NCBI GenBank assembly: GCA_963789395.1
Contig: CAWBKP010000002.1
Location: 1 to 64,000 of the forward strand
DNA: 64,000 nt
Direction of reading: 5' to 3'
Source: an uncultured delta proteobacterium
GTDB lineage: Bacteria > Desulfobacterota > Desulfobacteria > Desulfobacterales > Desulfatirhabdiaceae
Within the stretch, counting starts at the first letter, position 1, and every line of letters starts with the position of its first letter. The position numbers and the translations under genes were made by a program. The notes below the pieces were generated by a model. The model saw nothing but the letters and a program-made list of their open reading frames with translations, was not told where the DNA came from and made no database searches. This document shows positions 45,877-57,063 of the stretch, in pieces.

Positions 45877-46263
45877 ATGGCAAAAAGAACCCGTATCAAG
45901 AAAAAAGAAAAAAAGAACATATCCAGTGGGGTAGTTCATATACAGTCTACATTTAACAATACGATCGTAACGATTACCGACCCGGTGGGTAATGTCTTGT
46001 CCTGGTCCAGTTCGGGCGTCCAGGGATTTAAAGGGTCTCGGAAGAGTACCCCTTTTGCCGCGCAACTGGCTGCTGAGGATGCTGTCAGAAAAGCGATGGA
46101 ATATGGTATGAAAACGGTTGAAGTGTTTGTTAAAGGACCCGGCGCCGGACGTGAATCCGCGCTTCGGTCTTTGCAGGCTGCCGGATTTAATATTGTTTCA
46201 ATAAAAGATGTTACGCCCATTCCGCATAATGGCTGCCGACCACCTAAAAGGCGTCGCGTATAG
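45877..46263 (+). CDS. rpsK: 30S ribosomal protein S11
   Basis: [18 protein letters not shown]. Confidence 0.99.
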   Translation: MAKRTRIKKKEKKNISSGVVHIQSTFNNTIVTITDPVGNVLSWSSSGVQGFKGSRKSTPFAAQLAAEDAVRKAMEYGMKTVEVFVKGPGAGRESALRSLQAAGFNIVSIKDVTPIPHNGCRPPKRRRV

Positions 46264-46311
46264 TTTTGTGCATTTTGACGGTTGCGTCAACTGGATATAA
46301 AGGAGGATGAC

Positions 46312-46941
46312 TTGGCAAGATATATTGGTTCGGTATGCCGGATTTGCCGACGCGAAAATTTAAAACTTTTTTTGAAAGGGGATCGATGCTACTCGGACAA
46401 ATGCGCTTTCGATCGCCGCAGTTTCCCCCCCGGTCAGCATGGGCAGCGAAGAGGCAGAAAAGTCTCTGATTACGGTATCCAGCTTCGTGAAAAACAAAAA
46501 GTCAAACGCATGTACGGACTTTCGGAAAAACAATTTCATTTGTTTTTTGAACGCGCCGAGCATCAGAAGGGCATTTCTGGTTCGAATCTGCTGATCATGC
46601 TGGAAAGACGTCTGGACAATACCATCTATCGCCTTGGTTTTGCGAATTCCAGAACTCAGGGAAGGCATTTTGTCAGGCATGCCCATTTCCTGGTCAACGG
46701 CAAGCGGGTTGACATTCCATCTTATTTGATTAAACCCGGGGATGTCATTGAACTTCGGGAGTCCAGTAGAGAAATCAAGGCTATCAATGATTCTCTTGAG
46801 GCTGTAGTCAGAAGAGGCGTTCCGCAGTGGCTTGAATTGAAAAAGGATGTTTTTACCGGCAATGTTAAAGGCTTTCCGGCCCGTGAGGACTTGACCATGC
46901 CTATTCAGGAACAGCTTATTGTCGAGCTTTATTCAAAATAG
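46312..46941 (+). CDS. rpsD: 30S ribosomal protein S4
   Basis: TTG start after AGGAGG; QLREKQK, LERRLDN, IVELYSK. Confidence 0.99.
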   Translation: MARYIGSVCRICRRENLKLFLKGDRCYSDKCAFDRRSFPPGQHGQRRGRKVSDYGIQLREKQKVKRMYGLSEKQFHLFFERAEHQKGISGSNLLIMLERRLDNTIYRLGFANSRTQGRHFVRHAHFLVNGKRVDIPSYLIKPGDVIELRESSREIKAINDSLEAVVRRGVPQWLELKKDVFTGNVKGFPAREDLTMPIQEQLIVELYSK

Positions 46942-47027
46942 ACGTAACGGTGTCTACTCACTGTTGTGTTATGCCCTTCATTATGCAACATTCGAAAATC
47001 CTCTGAAAACAGTCTGGAGAAATCATA

Positions 47028-48047
47028 ATGCCAACCAATGAACTTATGACAATCAACTGGCAGAATTTGGTTATGCCGGAAAAGGTTCATGTTACAAGCT
47101 CGCCAGATTACGGTAAGTTTGTCTGCGAGCCTCTCGAAAGAGGATTTGGAATCACAATCGGCAATACCCTGCGGCGTATTTTACTTTCTTCTTTGCACGG
47201 TGCCGCCATTGTATCCGTAAAATTTGAAGAAGTGATGCATGAATTCAGTGTTATTCCCGGAGTTCTGGAAGATGTGTCCGAGATTATACTGAATCTTAAA
47301 TCCGTTCGAATCAAGGTTAAGGAAGCCGGTCCCCATACTATTCGTATTCAGCGTTCCGGTGAATGTACGGTTAAAGCCGGTGATATCATCAGCGACGACG
47401 GCCGCTGCGAAATTCTGAATCCTGATTTGCACATTGCAAGCTTATCCGAAAAAGCGTCTTTGAATATGACGTTGACCGTAAAACTGGGCAAGGGGTATGC
47501 ACTGTCCGAATCCAATAAGGATATCAGTGCCCCGGTCGGAACCATTCCGATCGATGCGGTATTTTCTCCGATCAACAAAGTGGTGTATGTTGTCGGAAAT
47601 GCCCGGGTCGGTCAGCGAACCGATTACGACAAATTGACACTTGAAGTTTGGACGGACGGAAGCGTTCTCCCCGAGGATGCTGTTTCCTTCGCTGCCAAGA
47701 TCATGAAGGAACAGTTGTCAAAATTTGTCAATTTTGATGAGCATTTGATTCCAAAACCTGAAGATACTGAAACGGAGTCGCCTAAGCTGCCGACTAACGA
47801 GAATCTTTTCAGGAGTGTCGAAGAACTGGAGCTTTCCGTTCGCAGCGCAAATTGTTTGAAAAACGCCGATATATTTAAAATTTATCAGCTTGTCAGTAAA
47901 ACTGAAGCTGAAATGCTGAAGACGAAAAACTTTGGCCGTAAATCTTTAAATGAAATCAAAGCGGTTCTGGGTGAAATGAAACTATCACTGGGGATGAAGC
48001 TGGATGGTTTTAATCCTCCTGAGGATGATATACAGCAAGGAGAGTAA
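47028..48047 (+). CDS. rpoA: RNA polymerase alpha subunit
   Basis: [25 protein letters not shown]. Confidence 0.99.
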   Translation: MPTNELMTINWQNLVMPEKVHVTSSPDYGKFVCEPLERGFGITIGNTLRRILLSSLHGAAIVSVKFEEVMHEFSVIPGVLEDVSEIILNLKSVRIKVKEAGPHTIRIQRSGECTVKAGDIISDDGRCEILNPDLHIASLSEKASLNMTLTVKLGKGYALSESNKDISAPVGTIPIDAVFSPINKVVYVVGNARVGQRTDYDKLTLEVWTDGSVLPEDAVSFAAKIMKEQLSKFVNFDEHLIPKPEDTETESPKLPTNENLFRSVEELELSVRSANCLKNADIFKIYQLVSKTEAEMLKTKNFGRKSLNEIKAVLGEMKLSLGMKLDGFNPPEDDIQQGE

Positions 48048-48055
48048 ACAGGGCT

Positions 48056-48553
48056 ATGAGACATGGAAAAGCCGGATTAAAATTAGGACGTACAAGCAGC
48101 CATCGTAAAGCGATGTTCAGAAATATGGTCACATCCTTGTTCAAGTATGACCGCATCACAACGACGGATGTTAAAGCAAAAGAGCTGAAGCGATGGGCCG
48201 ATGATCTGATTACACTGGCAAAGCGCGGCGATCTGCATGCTCAGCGCCAGGCACTTGCAATCATCACGGAAAAAGAAGTCGCATATAAACTGTTTAATGA
48301 AGCTGCCGATCGCTACGGCGATATACCAGGCGGTTATACCATCATCGCAAAAATCGGAAACCGCCCGGGTGACGCCGCGCCGATTTCCATTGTTGAACTG
48401 GTTGCCAGAGAAAAGAGCACGCCCTTACAGCCGCGATCCAGAAAGACAGCCAAAACGGTAGCCGAGGCCAAAAACAAAGCCGAAAAATCAAAAGATGCTG
48501 CCACGGAAAAGCAGGAACCCGCAGCTTCGGAGACGCAAACAGAAAACGCATGA
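48056..48553 (+). CDS. rplQ: 50S ribosomal protein L17
   Basis: [22 protein letters not shown]; charged C-terminal tail. Confidence 0.99.
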   Translation: MRHGKAGLKLGRTSSHRKAMFRNMVTSLFKYDRITTTDVKAKELKRWADDLITLAKRGDLHAQRQALAIITEKEVAYKLFNEAADRYGDIPGGYTIIAKIGNRPGDAAPISIVELVAREKSTPLQPRSRKTAKTVAEAKNKAEKSKDAATEKQEPAASETQTENA

Positions 48554-48624
48554 AAAACTGCTGGGTAGTGCGGTATCATATTCTGTAGAACGTTTTTTAC
48601 AGATTCTTCCTGACATTGAAATTT

Positions 48625-48665
48625 AAAAGGGTTCTGAGCATATTTGGCTTGGAACCCTTTTTTTT
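48625..48665 (+). terminator. Rho-independent terminator of the alpha operon
   Basis: AAAAGGGTTCTGAGC...GCTTGGAACCC followed by a T8 run. Confidence 0.85.
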
Positions 48666-48953
48666 ATTCATCAGAGAATATCTTTACGGTCAAAGCCATT
48701 CTAAATCCTGACGCTTGAATTCCGAATAACGGAGTTGTTACGATGATTGTCACAAATTCAGCTGGAAATCCTGATATCCGAATATTTTCTGTTGCATCGT
48801 AAATGCTTTTGACAATAAACGGATATTTATTATATCGTTAACAAGGTTTTTATTGAGCAACCCGAAGATATTGAATGGTTTGAAAGAATGCTTTACGGTC
48901 AGGGTTTCTCACTTCAACCATAACCGAGGGTAGTTTCCCGCCTTGTTAGAGGA

Positions 48954-49874
48954 TTGTATCAGGTGACAACTTCGAAACTGATGCGCATGACCGATGCCAT
49001 ATCCAGATGGGTTGAGGATGGTTCATCCGTTGCTCTCGGCACAACACTGGAAACCGCCATCCCGTTTGCTGCGGGCCATGAGATCATTCGTCAGGGGAAG
49101 AAAGGGCTTACGCTGATCGGACCGATATCGGATATTCTGTTTGATCAGCTGATCGGCGCAGGATGTGTGCGGCGGGTTCGCGCTGCCTGGGTGGGCAATG
49201 TGATCACCGGTGTGGGATATAATTTTCGCAGGGCCGTGGAACAGCGCCGGATTGATGTCGAGGACCATTCAAATCTGACCATTTCGATGGCCCTTCAGGC
49301 AGGGGCTATGGGCGTGTCATTCCTGCCGACCCGAACCGCCCTTGGTAGCGATTTGTTTGCGACAAACCCGGGGTTGAAGTTTGTTTCCTGTCCGTTTTCC
49401 GGTGAAAAACACGCCGCAGTTGCCGCCATTGTTCCGGATATCGCCATTGTTCATGTTCAAAGATCGGATGTGTTTGGCAATGCTCATGCATGGGGGAATT
49501 TGGGGATAACCCGTGAGGCCTGCCTGGCAAGCCGGAATGTAATTTTAACTGCCGAAGAAATTGTATCTACCGAGACAATCACCCGTGATCCCAATCGCAT
49601 ATTGACGCCTGGATTCAAGGTTAGCGCCGTCGTCCATGCGCCATGGGGAGCCCATCCCTCTCCCATGCCCGGATATTATAACCGGGATCACGCTGTATTT
49701 CTGGACTACCAGAGGCAAAGCAAGACTCCTGAGCTGTTTTCGCAATGGGTAAAGCAGTGGATACTTTCCCATGATTCAATTCATCAGTATGTCGAGTCGC
49801 TTGGGGCTGATTATCTGAAGCAGCTTTCGATAACCCATCATGCATATTCGGAACCTGTCGACTATGGATACTGA
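48954..49874 (+). CDS. Family I CoA-transferase subunit A (glutaconate CoA-transferase GctA-like); start uncertain
   Basis: IPFAAGHEIIRQ, DQLIGAG, HVQRSDVFGN, PWGAHPS..PGYYNRD. Confidence 0.88.
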   Translation: MYQVTTSKLMRMTDAISRWVEDGSSVALGTTLETAIPFAAGHEIIRQGKKGLTLIGPISDILFDQLIGAGCVRRVRAAWVGNVITGVGYNFRRAVEQRRIDVEDHSNLTISMALQAGAMGVSFLPTRTALGSDLFATNPGLKFVSCPFSGEKHAAVAAIVPDIAIVHVQRSDVFGNAHAWGNLGITREACLASRNVILTAEEIVSTETITRDPNRILTPGFKVSAVVHAPWGAHPSPMPGYYNRDHAVFLDYQRQSKTPELFSQWVKQWILSHDSIHQYVESLGADYLKQLSITHHAYSEPVDYGY

Positions 49875-50637
49875 AGTGGATTATACCCGATCCGAGCTGA
49901 TGGTTGCTGCGGCATCCCGTGAAATCGTTGACGGGGAAGTCGTTTTTGTCGGAATGCGGCTTCCGCTTCTGGGCTTTCTGGTAGCCAAGAGCCTTCGGGC
50001 CCCGAATGCCGTGGGCGTTTACGAACTGGGAATCATACGCGACACGGTGGCTGCAGAACCCATACTGACGATGGGGGATCTGCCGAATCTGCACGGGTCT
50101 TGCTGGCTGGCGGATACGCGGGATGCGATGTCGCTGCTCCAGCAGGGATTGGTTGACGTCAGTTTCATCGGGGGGGCGCAGGTGGACCGGTTCGGAAACC
50201 TGAATACCACGATGACTGGCAGTCTCGCAAACGTCACAACCCGGCTCCCGGGAAGCGGCGGGGCTTGCGACCTGGCTTGTCTGGCGCACCGTCATATCAT
50301 CATCATGTCCCATGAAAAGCGCCGGTTTGTACCCAGGGTCGATTATATCACTTCTCCCGGATACGGGGACGGCAAGGGCTGGCGGGAGTCTGTCGGCCTG
50401 GTTCGCGGCGGACCGTCTGCTGTTATCACCACGCTGGGAATATTTGCATTTGATTCTCAAACCTGTGAAATGGTACTGACTTCGGTTCATCCCGGTGCAA
50501 CAGTCGAAATGATTCACGAACAAACCGGCTGGCCCGTTCGTGTTTCATCAGAGCTGTCCCGGACACCCCCCCCTACCTTGCAGGAGCTTTCCGCCCTGCG
50601 CCGGTTTGATCCGGATGGATACTGGACAGGCAAATAA
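49864..50637 (+). CDS. Family I CoA-transferase subunit B (GctB-like)
   Basis: FVGMRLP, YELG (candidate catalytic Glu), GGAQVDRFGNLNTT, RLPGSGGA, DYITSPG. Confidence 0.9.
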   Translation: MDTEVDYTRSELMVAAASREIVDGEVVFVGMRLPLLGFLVAKSLRAPNAVGVYELGIIRDTVAAEPILTMGDLPNLHGSCWLADTRDAMSLLQQGLVDVSFIGGAQVDRFGNLNTTMTGSLANVTTRLPGSGGACDLACLAHRHIIIMSHEKRRFVPRVDYITSPGYGDGKGWRESVGLVRGGPSAVITTLGIFAFDSQTCEMVLTSVHPGATVEMIHEQTGWPVRVSSELSRTPPPTLQELSALRRFDPDGYWTGK

Positions 50638-50639
50638 GC

Positions 50640-51935
50640 ATGAAAATGACTCCCGACCCCAAAATGCTGCGCTATCGCTGGATCATCTTCTGGGTTCTGG
50701 CCTTCGGCTACGTCCTGGTGTATTTTCACCGCCTATGCCCGGCCGTGGTTGCCGTCGATATGATGAAGGATCTTCACACCGGAGGCGGTCTGACCGGTTT
50801 TTTGTCTGCTGCCTATTTTTATTCCTATGCGGCCATGCAGCTGCCGGCGGGACTCCTCTCTGATTCCTGGGGTCCCCGCAACACGATCACGATATTTTTC
50901 CTGGCGGCTTTTGCCGGCTCCGTTCTGCTCGGGGTTGCCTCTTCCGCTGCCATGGCGATTACCGGACGGACGCTTGTCGGCATCGGGGTAGCCATGCTTT
51001 TCGTGCCGACCATGAAGATCCTTTCCGAATGGTTCACACCCGTTGAGTTTGCGCCCATGACCGGCATTCTGATGGCCATGGGCGGCATCGGGTCCCTGTC
51101 GGCGGCAACGCCGCTGGTGCTGTTGTCCAGTGCGATCGGATGGCGGATGTCTTTTGTCGCAGTAGGCGGGCTCACCTTGATTCTATCCCTTCTGGTATGG
51201 AGATTTGTAAGGGACTGCCCTGAGGATATGGGATGGGAGTCTCTGAATGCCTCTGCAAAAGCCTCAGCCCCTGCCATTGGCCTGATGGCCGGTTTTCGCT
51301 CGGTTGTCTCTTGTGCGCACTTCTGGCCTCTTGCCGCCTGGTTTTTTTTCGACTGCGCTATTTTTTTTACGTTCGGCGGACTCTGGGGCGGACCCTATTT
51401 AATGCAAATTTATCATTTGTCCAAAACCCAGGCCGGCTATATCCTTTCGATGCTGGCAGTCGGCCTGATCATCGGCAGCCCGCTTCTCAGCTATCTATCC
51501 AACCGGGTATTTCATGCCCGAAAACCCGTTATGCTTATTTCTACAAGCATCGTACTGGCGATTACCGCAACAATGGCCTTTGCCATCGACAGCATCCCCA
51601 TCTATGGCCTGTACCTGATGTGTCTGGGGCTTGGAATGTTTTCCAGCGCTATCGTTGTCATCGGGTTCACAACGGCCAAAGAGCTGTTTCCGGTACAGAT
51701 CGCTGGAACCGCCACCGGCCTGGTCAACCTGTTTCCTTTTGCTGGCGGCGCCATATTTCAGCCCTTAACAGGGTATTTGCTGGAGAGATCCGGAAGTGTG
51801 AACGGGGTTTTTACGCTGGCCGGATATCAGCAGCTGTTTAATTGCCTGCTGATCAGTGCAGCCGCAGCGATGCTTGCCTGCTGCTTTATCAAGGAGACAT
51901 TCCCTGCTGTTTCAGCCAGATATTCTTCATCCTGA
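50640..51935 (+). CDS. MFS transporter
   Basis: About 12 hydrophobic helices; QLPAGLLSDSWGPR motif A. Confidence 0.9.
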   Translation: MKMTPDPKMLRYRWIIFWVLAFGYVLVYFHRLCPAVVAVDMMKDLHTGGGLTGFLSAAYFYSYAAMQLPAGLLSDSWGPRNTITIFFLAAFAGSVLLGVASSAAMAITGRTLVGIGVAMLFVPTMKILSEWFTPVEFAPMTGILMAMGGIGSLSAATPLVLLSSAIGWRMSFVAVGGLTLILSLLVWRFVRDCPEDMGWESLNASAKASAPAIGLMAGFRSVVSCAHFWPLAAWFFFDCAIFFTFGGLWGGPYLMQIYHLSKTQAGYILSMLAVGLIIGSPLLSYLSNRVFHARKPVMLISTSIVLAITATMAFAIDSIPIYGLYLMCLGLGMFSSAIVVIGFTTAKELFPVQIAGTATGLVNLFPFAGGAIFQPLTGYLLERSGSVNGVFTLAGYQQLFNCLLISAAAAMLACCFIKETFPAVSARYSSS

Positions 51936-52002
51936 TTCGGGCCTGTGGATTTCTGCGAAAATGGCCATATACGCCATATTTATCGTGAAAATACATCAGC
52001 GG

Positions 52003-52075
52003 CGTCATTCCGGCGAACACCGGAATCCAGACTGTTTGAACAACTGAAACCCGTGTCAAGCCCGGAATACCGGAA
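52003..52075. repeat. Degenerate REP-like palindromic element
   Basis: CGTCATTCCGGCGAACACCGGAATCCAG hairpin followed by GTCAAGCCCGGAAT. Confidence 0.5.
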
Positions 52076-52262
52076 AAGAATCATTTTTATGCATGGGAGC
52101 AGCAGTGCTTAGGCGATGTGCGATTATACCGGTTAATGCCGGATCCGGGGAAATTCTACTTGACAAAGAAAATAATAGCTGCAATATAGCTTATAAATAT
52201 TCTTTTGCAAATGAATTGTATTTATTAACTAAGGGTAAGACAAACAGGAAAAGGAGGCTAGT

Positions 52263-53350
52263 ATGACAAGAAAAAAATTGACAGCCGTTACAATCTTAGC
52301 AGCACTCAGTCTATTTTTGATGGTCAGTTTCGCGGCAGCCGCGGGCCCCCCGCCCATGGATCAATGGAAACCGGCTTTCGATCCGTCAACAGCCAAGTAT
52401 AAAGCCACGATTTCAAATGTTTCGCATCCGGCGATACGCGGGGTATATTTCGGGTTTGCCCTGAGAGATGAGTTGTGGAAACGCACCAATGGCCAGATTT
52501 TCATCGATTACAAACCCTTCTCGATGCTGGGCGGCGAAGTAGAGGTGTTAAACCAGCTTCAGATGGGCGCGATTCAGGGAATGGGCGTCAGCTCCGTGGC
52601 TTCCACCAATCTGGGACCCCGGTTTGGCGTGGTGAATATGCCATTTCTGGTCGACTCCTTTGACAAACTCGATAAATTTGTCGGCAATGAAAAACTCTTT
52701 TCCCATTTCATGAATGCCATGGATCATCAGGGAATCATGGGCCTGGACATCACCGGTTACGGCAATTACGGCTGGGCAACGGTGACGCCGTGCAAGACCA
52801 TCGAGGATGCCAAGAAACTTAAAATACGGATTGCCGAGGCAGCGGTGAATCAGCTTATTTACAAATCCTGGGGATTCAACCCCGTTGTCATGCCCTGGCC
52901 GGATGTCTCCATTGCCCTGAAACAGGGGGTTATTGACGGACTGGATCATACGCCCATGGTGTGCAACATCACCAAAAAATTTGAGGATGCCAAGTTTTTT
53001 ACCCAGATCAATTATGCCCAGGGCCTGTTTATCTGGGTCATAAACAAGGCGTGGTTCAACAGCCTTCCCGCTGACCTGCAGAAAATCTTCAAGGAAACCG
53101 CAAAAGAAGTGGCCGCAAAAATCCGGCAGGAAACCCGCCAGCAGGAAACAGACGAGATTGCAAAAGCCAAGGCATCCGGCATTCGAGTTCTTCAAACTTT
53201 CGGATGCTGAAATGGCGACTTTGCGCCAAGAGGGAAATGTTGTTTATCAAAGACTATGCACCAGAAATCAATAAGCTGTATCCCGGCGATAAATACCGTC
53301 CGGCAGATTATCTGAAAGAAGTTCAGGATTTCCTCGGATATCAGCCCTGA
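52263..53350 (+). CDS. dctP: TRAP transporter substrate-binding protein DctP (two +1 insertions, near 53184 and 53248)
   Basis: Signal peptide; LGGEVEVLNQLQMG, LKIRIAE, NPVVMPW, LKQGVIDG. The frame continues to TGA 53350 once two bases are removed. Confidence 0.9.
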
Positions 53351-53513
53351 ATCAGGCTGAAGGATAAGGCTGAAGGCTAAGAAATCGGCTCTGATGCCAT
53401 TTTGATACTTTAGTCTTCAGCCTGCGTTGCTATTGGGTCTGTTCCGGAAAACGCCGGATGCCGTCCGGAACAGATCCTTCTTTCATTTCATCAAACGATC
53501 AAGGATAAGATTC

Positions 53514-54068
53514 ATGTTGAAACAGATAATGAATACCGTGGATAAAGGCTTGACATTATTTGAAGACTGGACCCTGTTTCTGACGGTAATGGCGGCGCTG
53601 TTAGCCTTATTCGCCAATGTGATTCTGCGCTATGGCTTCAATTACACCCTGGCCTGGTCTGAAGAACTCGTTAAACTGGTGATTATCTATACGACGTTTA
53701 TCGGTTGCAGCGCCTCGATCAAAAACCGGTCCATGATCAAGGTGGACGTACTGCTGCAGCTCGTTCCCAAAACCCGATTTCCCCTGATGGTTTTCAGCCA
53801 TCTGGCGATCATCGTTTTTTCGCTGATCATGCTGGTCTACGGGTGGAAGATGGCCGCTCAGCAGGCAACTACCGGCCAGTCAACCATCATCATGGGGATT
53901 CCGATGGTCTATCTTTACGCCTTGATGCCGCTGATGGGAGGCTTGATGCTGATCCGATCCCTTCAGGCGCTCTATCAGGATATTGCTGCGGAAAAGGCCA
54001 AAAAACAACAGCTTGAAATCAACAGAAAACTGAACGATTCGATTCGGCTTTCTGCTTTTACCGACTGA
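53514..54068 (+). CDS. dctQ: TRAP transporter small permease DctQ
   Basis: NVILRY, WSEEL, IKVD; four TM segments. Confidence 0.92.
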   Translation: MLKQIMNTVDKGLTLFEDWTLFLTVMAALLALFANVILRYGFNYTLAWSEELVKLVIIYTTFIGCSASIKNRSMIKVDVLLQLVPKTRFPLMVFSHLAIIVFSLIMLVYGWKMAAQQATTGQSTIIMGIPMVYLYALMPLMGGLMLIRSLQALYQDIAAEKAKKQQLEINRKLNDSIRLSAFTD

Positions 54069-54086
54069 AATGGAGATATCTGGTTT

Positions 54087-55409
54087 ATGGAATGGAGCTA
54101 TATAATTCCCCTGTTGATTCTGCTGGGTACCATGGCCACCTTTATTCCCGTGTTCATGTGCCTGTTTTACACCTCTTTGCTTTGCGTTCTGGCGTTTACC
54201 GATTACCCCATCATCCTCCTGGTTCAGAGCATTTTTAAAAGCATGGACAATTTTGCCCTGGTCGTGGTGCTGTTTTTTGTTCTCTGCGGCAATATCATGA
54301 CCACCGGCACCATCGTTGAAAAACTGATCAAGTTCACCAATGTGCTGGTGAGCTGGCTGCCCGGCGGATTGGGGATGGCCGGCGTCATTGCCTGCGCCAT
54401 ATTCGGCGCGATTTCCGGCTCCACCGTTGCAACGGTCGTGGCCCTCGGCGGATTCATGATCCCGGCGCTGCTGGCCAATGGGTATCCGGAAAACTACAGT
54501 GTCGGGCTCATGACGACATCCGGCAATCTGGGGGTGATCATTCCGCCCAGCATCGGCATGATTCTCTTCAGCATGATCAGCAACTGCTCGTTGCAGGGGC
54601 TGTTTCTGACCGGATTTGTTCCCGGTGTCATGATTACGGTTGTTACCTGCATCTACACCTATTTTGTCTTCTGGAAAGATAAGACGGTCGTCCGGATGCC
54701 GGTGCCGAAGTTTGATGACGTCTGGGTCACATTCAAGGATTGTTTCTGGGCGCTGATGCTGCCCGTGGTGATATTTATCGGCATTTACACCGGGATATTC
54801 ACCGCCAACGAGGCTGCGGTTATTTCATGCGTCTATGCGTTTATTGTGGAGCTTTTTATCCATAAATCCATGAAATTCGAGCAGGTCAAAAAAGTGGTCG
54901 TGGGGTCTGCCGTCACATCCGCATCCCTGTTGATCATCGTGGGCGGCGCCACCTGTTTCGGCCGGTACCTGACCCTGGAATCCATTCCGGCAAAAATCAC
55001 CGAAGCCGTGACTGCCGGCATTCATTCGCCGATGGTCTTCCTTCTGGTCATCAACCTGGTGCTTCTGGTGGTCGGCATGCTGATGGACATCATCTCCGCC
55101 ACGCTGATCATCGGCCCGATCTGTATTCCGCTGCTGATTGCCTTTGGCATCGATCCCATCCACTTCGGGCTGATCATGACGGTCAACCTGGCCATCGGGT
55201 ACTGCACGCCGCCGGTAGGGGTCAGTCTCTATATCGCAGGATCCATCGCCAAGCGCGATATCGTGTTTGTCACCAAATCGGCGATTCCGTTTCTCATCAT
55301 TCAGATTTCCGTCCTGTTCCTGATCACCTTTTTTCCGGAACTGATCATGTGGCTTCCCAGGCTCTTCGGTTTTGCAACCGGTGTGGCGACTGTCGGCGGC
55401 GGCAACTGA
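54087..55409 (+). CDS. dctM: TRAP transporter large permease DctM (copy 1)
   Basis: FGAISGS, IIPPSI, FTANEA, DPIHFG, TPPVG. Confidence 0.95.
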   Translation: MEWSYIIPLLILLGTMATFIPVFMCLFYTSLLCVLAFTDYPIILLVQSIFKSMDNFALVVVLFFVLCGNIMTTGTIVEKLIKFTNVLVSWLPGGLGMAGVIACAIFGAISGSTVATVVALGGFMIPALLANGYPENYSVGLMTTSGNLGVIIPPSIGMILFSMISNCSLQGLFLTGFVPGVMITVVTCIYTYFVFWKDKTVVRMPVPKFDDVWVTFKDCFWALMLPVVIFIGIYTGIFTANEAAVISCVYAFIVELFIHKSMKFEQVKKVVVGSAVTSASLLIIVGGATCFGRYLTLESIPAKITEAVTAGIHSPMVFLLVINLVLLVVGMLMDIISATLIIGPICIPLLIAFGIDPIHFGLIMTVNLAIGYCTPPVGVSLYIAGSIAKRDIVFVTKSAIPFLIIQISVLFLITFFPELIMWLPRLFGFATGVATVGGGN

Positions 55410-55483
55410 TTCCGGAAATCAACAGAATACGGAACGCTTCCAGCCTTTCTGTTCTTACCGACTGAAATGGAGATATCTGGTTT

Positions 55484-56806
55484 ATGCAATGGAGCTATAT
55501 CATTCCCCTGTTGATTCTATTGGGCACCATGGTCACCTATATGCCGGTGTTCATGTGCCTGTTTTACACCGCTTTGATCTGTGTTCTGGCGTTTACCGAC
55601 TATCCCGTCATCCTTCTGGTGCAGAGCATTTTTAAAAGCATGGACAATTTTGCCCTGGTCGTGGTGCTGTTCTTTATTCTCTGCGGCAACATCATGACCA
55701 CCGGTACCATTGTTGAAAAACTGATCAAGTTCACCAATGTGCTGGTGAGCTGGCTGCCCGGCGGACTGGGGATGGCCGGTGTCATCGCCTGCGCCATATT
55801 CGGCGCGATTTCCGGTTCAACCGTCGCAACGGTCGTTGCGCTGGGCGGGTTCATGATCCCGGCGCTGCTGGCCAACGGCTATGAAGAACATTACAGCATC
55901 GGGCTCATGACGACATCCGGCAATCTGGGCGTGATCATTCCGCCCAGTATCGGTATGATTCTCTTCAGCATGATCAGCAATTGCTCGCTGCAGGGGCTGT
56001 TTTTGACCGGGTTTGTTCCCGGGGTCCTGATTACGCTGGGAACCTGTCTCTATACATATTTCATTTTTCGAAAAGATAAGAAAGTCATGCGGATGCCGGT
56101 GCCGACGCTTAACGATTTCTGGGTGACCTTCAAGGACTGTTTCTGGGCCCTGATGCTCCCCGGAGTGATTTTTATCGGCATATACTCCGGGATGTTCACC
56201 GCCAACGAGGCTGCGGTGGTCTCATGCGTCTATGCGTTTATCGTGGAGCTATTTATTCATAAATCCATGAAATTCGAGCAGGTGAAAAAAGTCGTCGTGG
56301 GATCCGCCGTCACATCGGCCTCGCTGTTGATCATCGTTGGCGGAGCCACCTGTTTCGGCAGATACCTGGCCCTGGAGTCCATTCCGGCAAAAATCACCGA
56401 AGCCGTAACCGCCGGGATTCATTCGCCGGTTGTCTTTCTTATGGTAATGAATGTGGTTCTGCTGGTTGTCGGAACGCTGATGGACATTATCTCCGCCACG
56501 CTGATCATCGGCCCGATCTGTATTCCACTGCTGATTGCCTTTGGCATCGATCCCATCCACTTCGGGCTGATCATGACGGTCAACCTGGCCATCGGGTACT
56601 GCACGCCGCCGGTCGGGGTCAGTCTCTATATTGCCGGCTCCGTGGCCAAACGGGATATTGTCTATGTCACCAAATCGGTGATGCCGTTTCTCGCCATTCA
56701 GACAGCGATTCTGCTTCTGATCACCTTTTTCCCGGAAATGGTCATGTGGTTGCCCAAGCTTTTCGGTTTTGAAACCGGTGTCATGTCCGTCGGCGGCGGG
56801 AACTGA
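55484..56806 (+). CDS. dctM: TRAP transporter large permease DctM (copy 2, tandem paralog)
   Basis: Same length (440 aa) and highly similar to copy 1. Confidence 0.95.
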   Translation: MQWSYIIPLLILLGTMVTYMPVFMCLFYTALICVLAFTDYPVILLVQSIFKSMDNFALVVVLFFILCGNIMTTGTIVEKLIKFTNVLVSWLPGGLGMAGVIACAIFGAISGSTVATVVALGGFMIPALLANGYEEHYSIGLMTTSGNLGVIIPPSIGMILFSMISNCSLQGLFLTGFVPGVLITLGTCLYTYFIFRKDKKVMRMPVPTLNDFWVTFKDCFWALMLPGVIFIGIYSGMFTANEAAVVSCVYAFIVELFIHKSMKFEQVKKVVVGSAVTSASLLIIVGGATCFGRYLALESIPAKITEAVTAGIHSPVVFLMVMNVVLLVVGTLMDIISATLIIGPICIPLLIAFGIDPIHFGLIMTVNLAIGYCTPPVGVSLYIAGSVAKRDIVYVTKSVMPFLAIQTAILLLITFFPEMVMWLPKLFGFETGVMSVGGGN

Positions 56807-56974
56807 TTCCGGAAATCAGCCCGAAATATTGCCCAAACGCATTTAAAGAGATCAGGGTGTTGACAGACATCCCGGTCTCTTTGTTTTTTAGAATATGAAT
56901 ATAGTTTGGAATATTACCTATATTTTTTTCTTGACTTATGATCACGCCCTCCCTAATAATCAAATTATAGTTAC

Positions 56975-57001
56975 AATGTGATTAAAATGTGATTAAAATG
57001 T
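56975..57001 (+). promoter_or_regulatory. 11-bp direct repeat, candidate operator
   Basis: AATGTGATTAA x2 plus AATGT, between a TTGACT..TAATAAT promoter-like site (56931-56960) and the ACT gene. Confidence 0.4.
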
Positions 57002-57063
57002 ATTGCCGTGATGACAATTGAATATCTCCGGTGGGCCTACCGCTTTAGAAAGGAATTAATTTT

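Noticed and set aside
39964..46941. Cys-rich (Zn-type) L24, S14, L36 and S4
   Set aside because: Expected for anaerobic deltaproteobacteria-type ribosomes.
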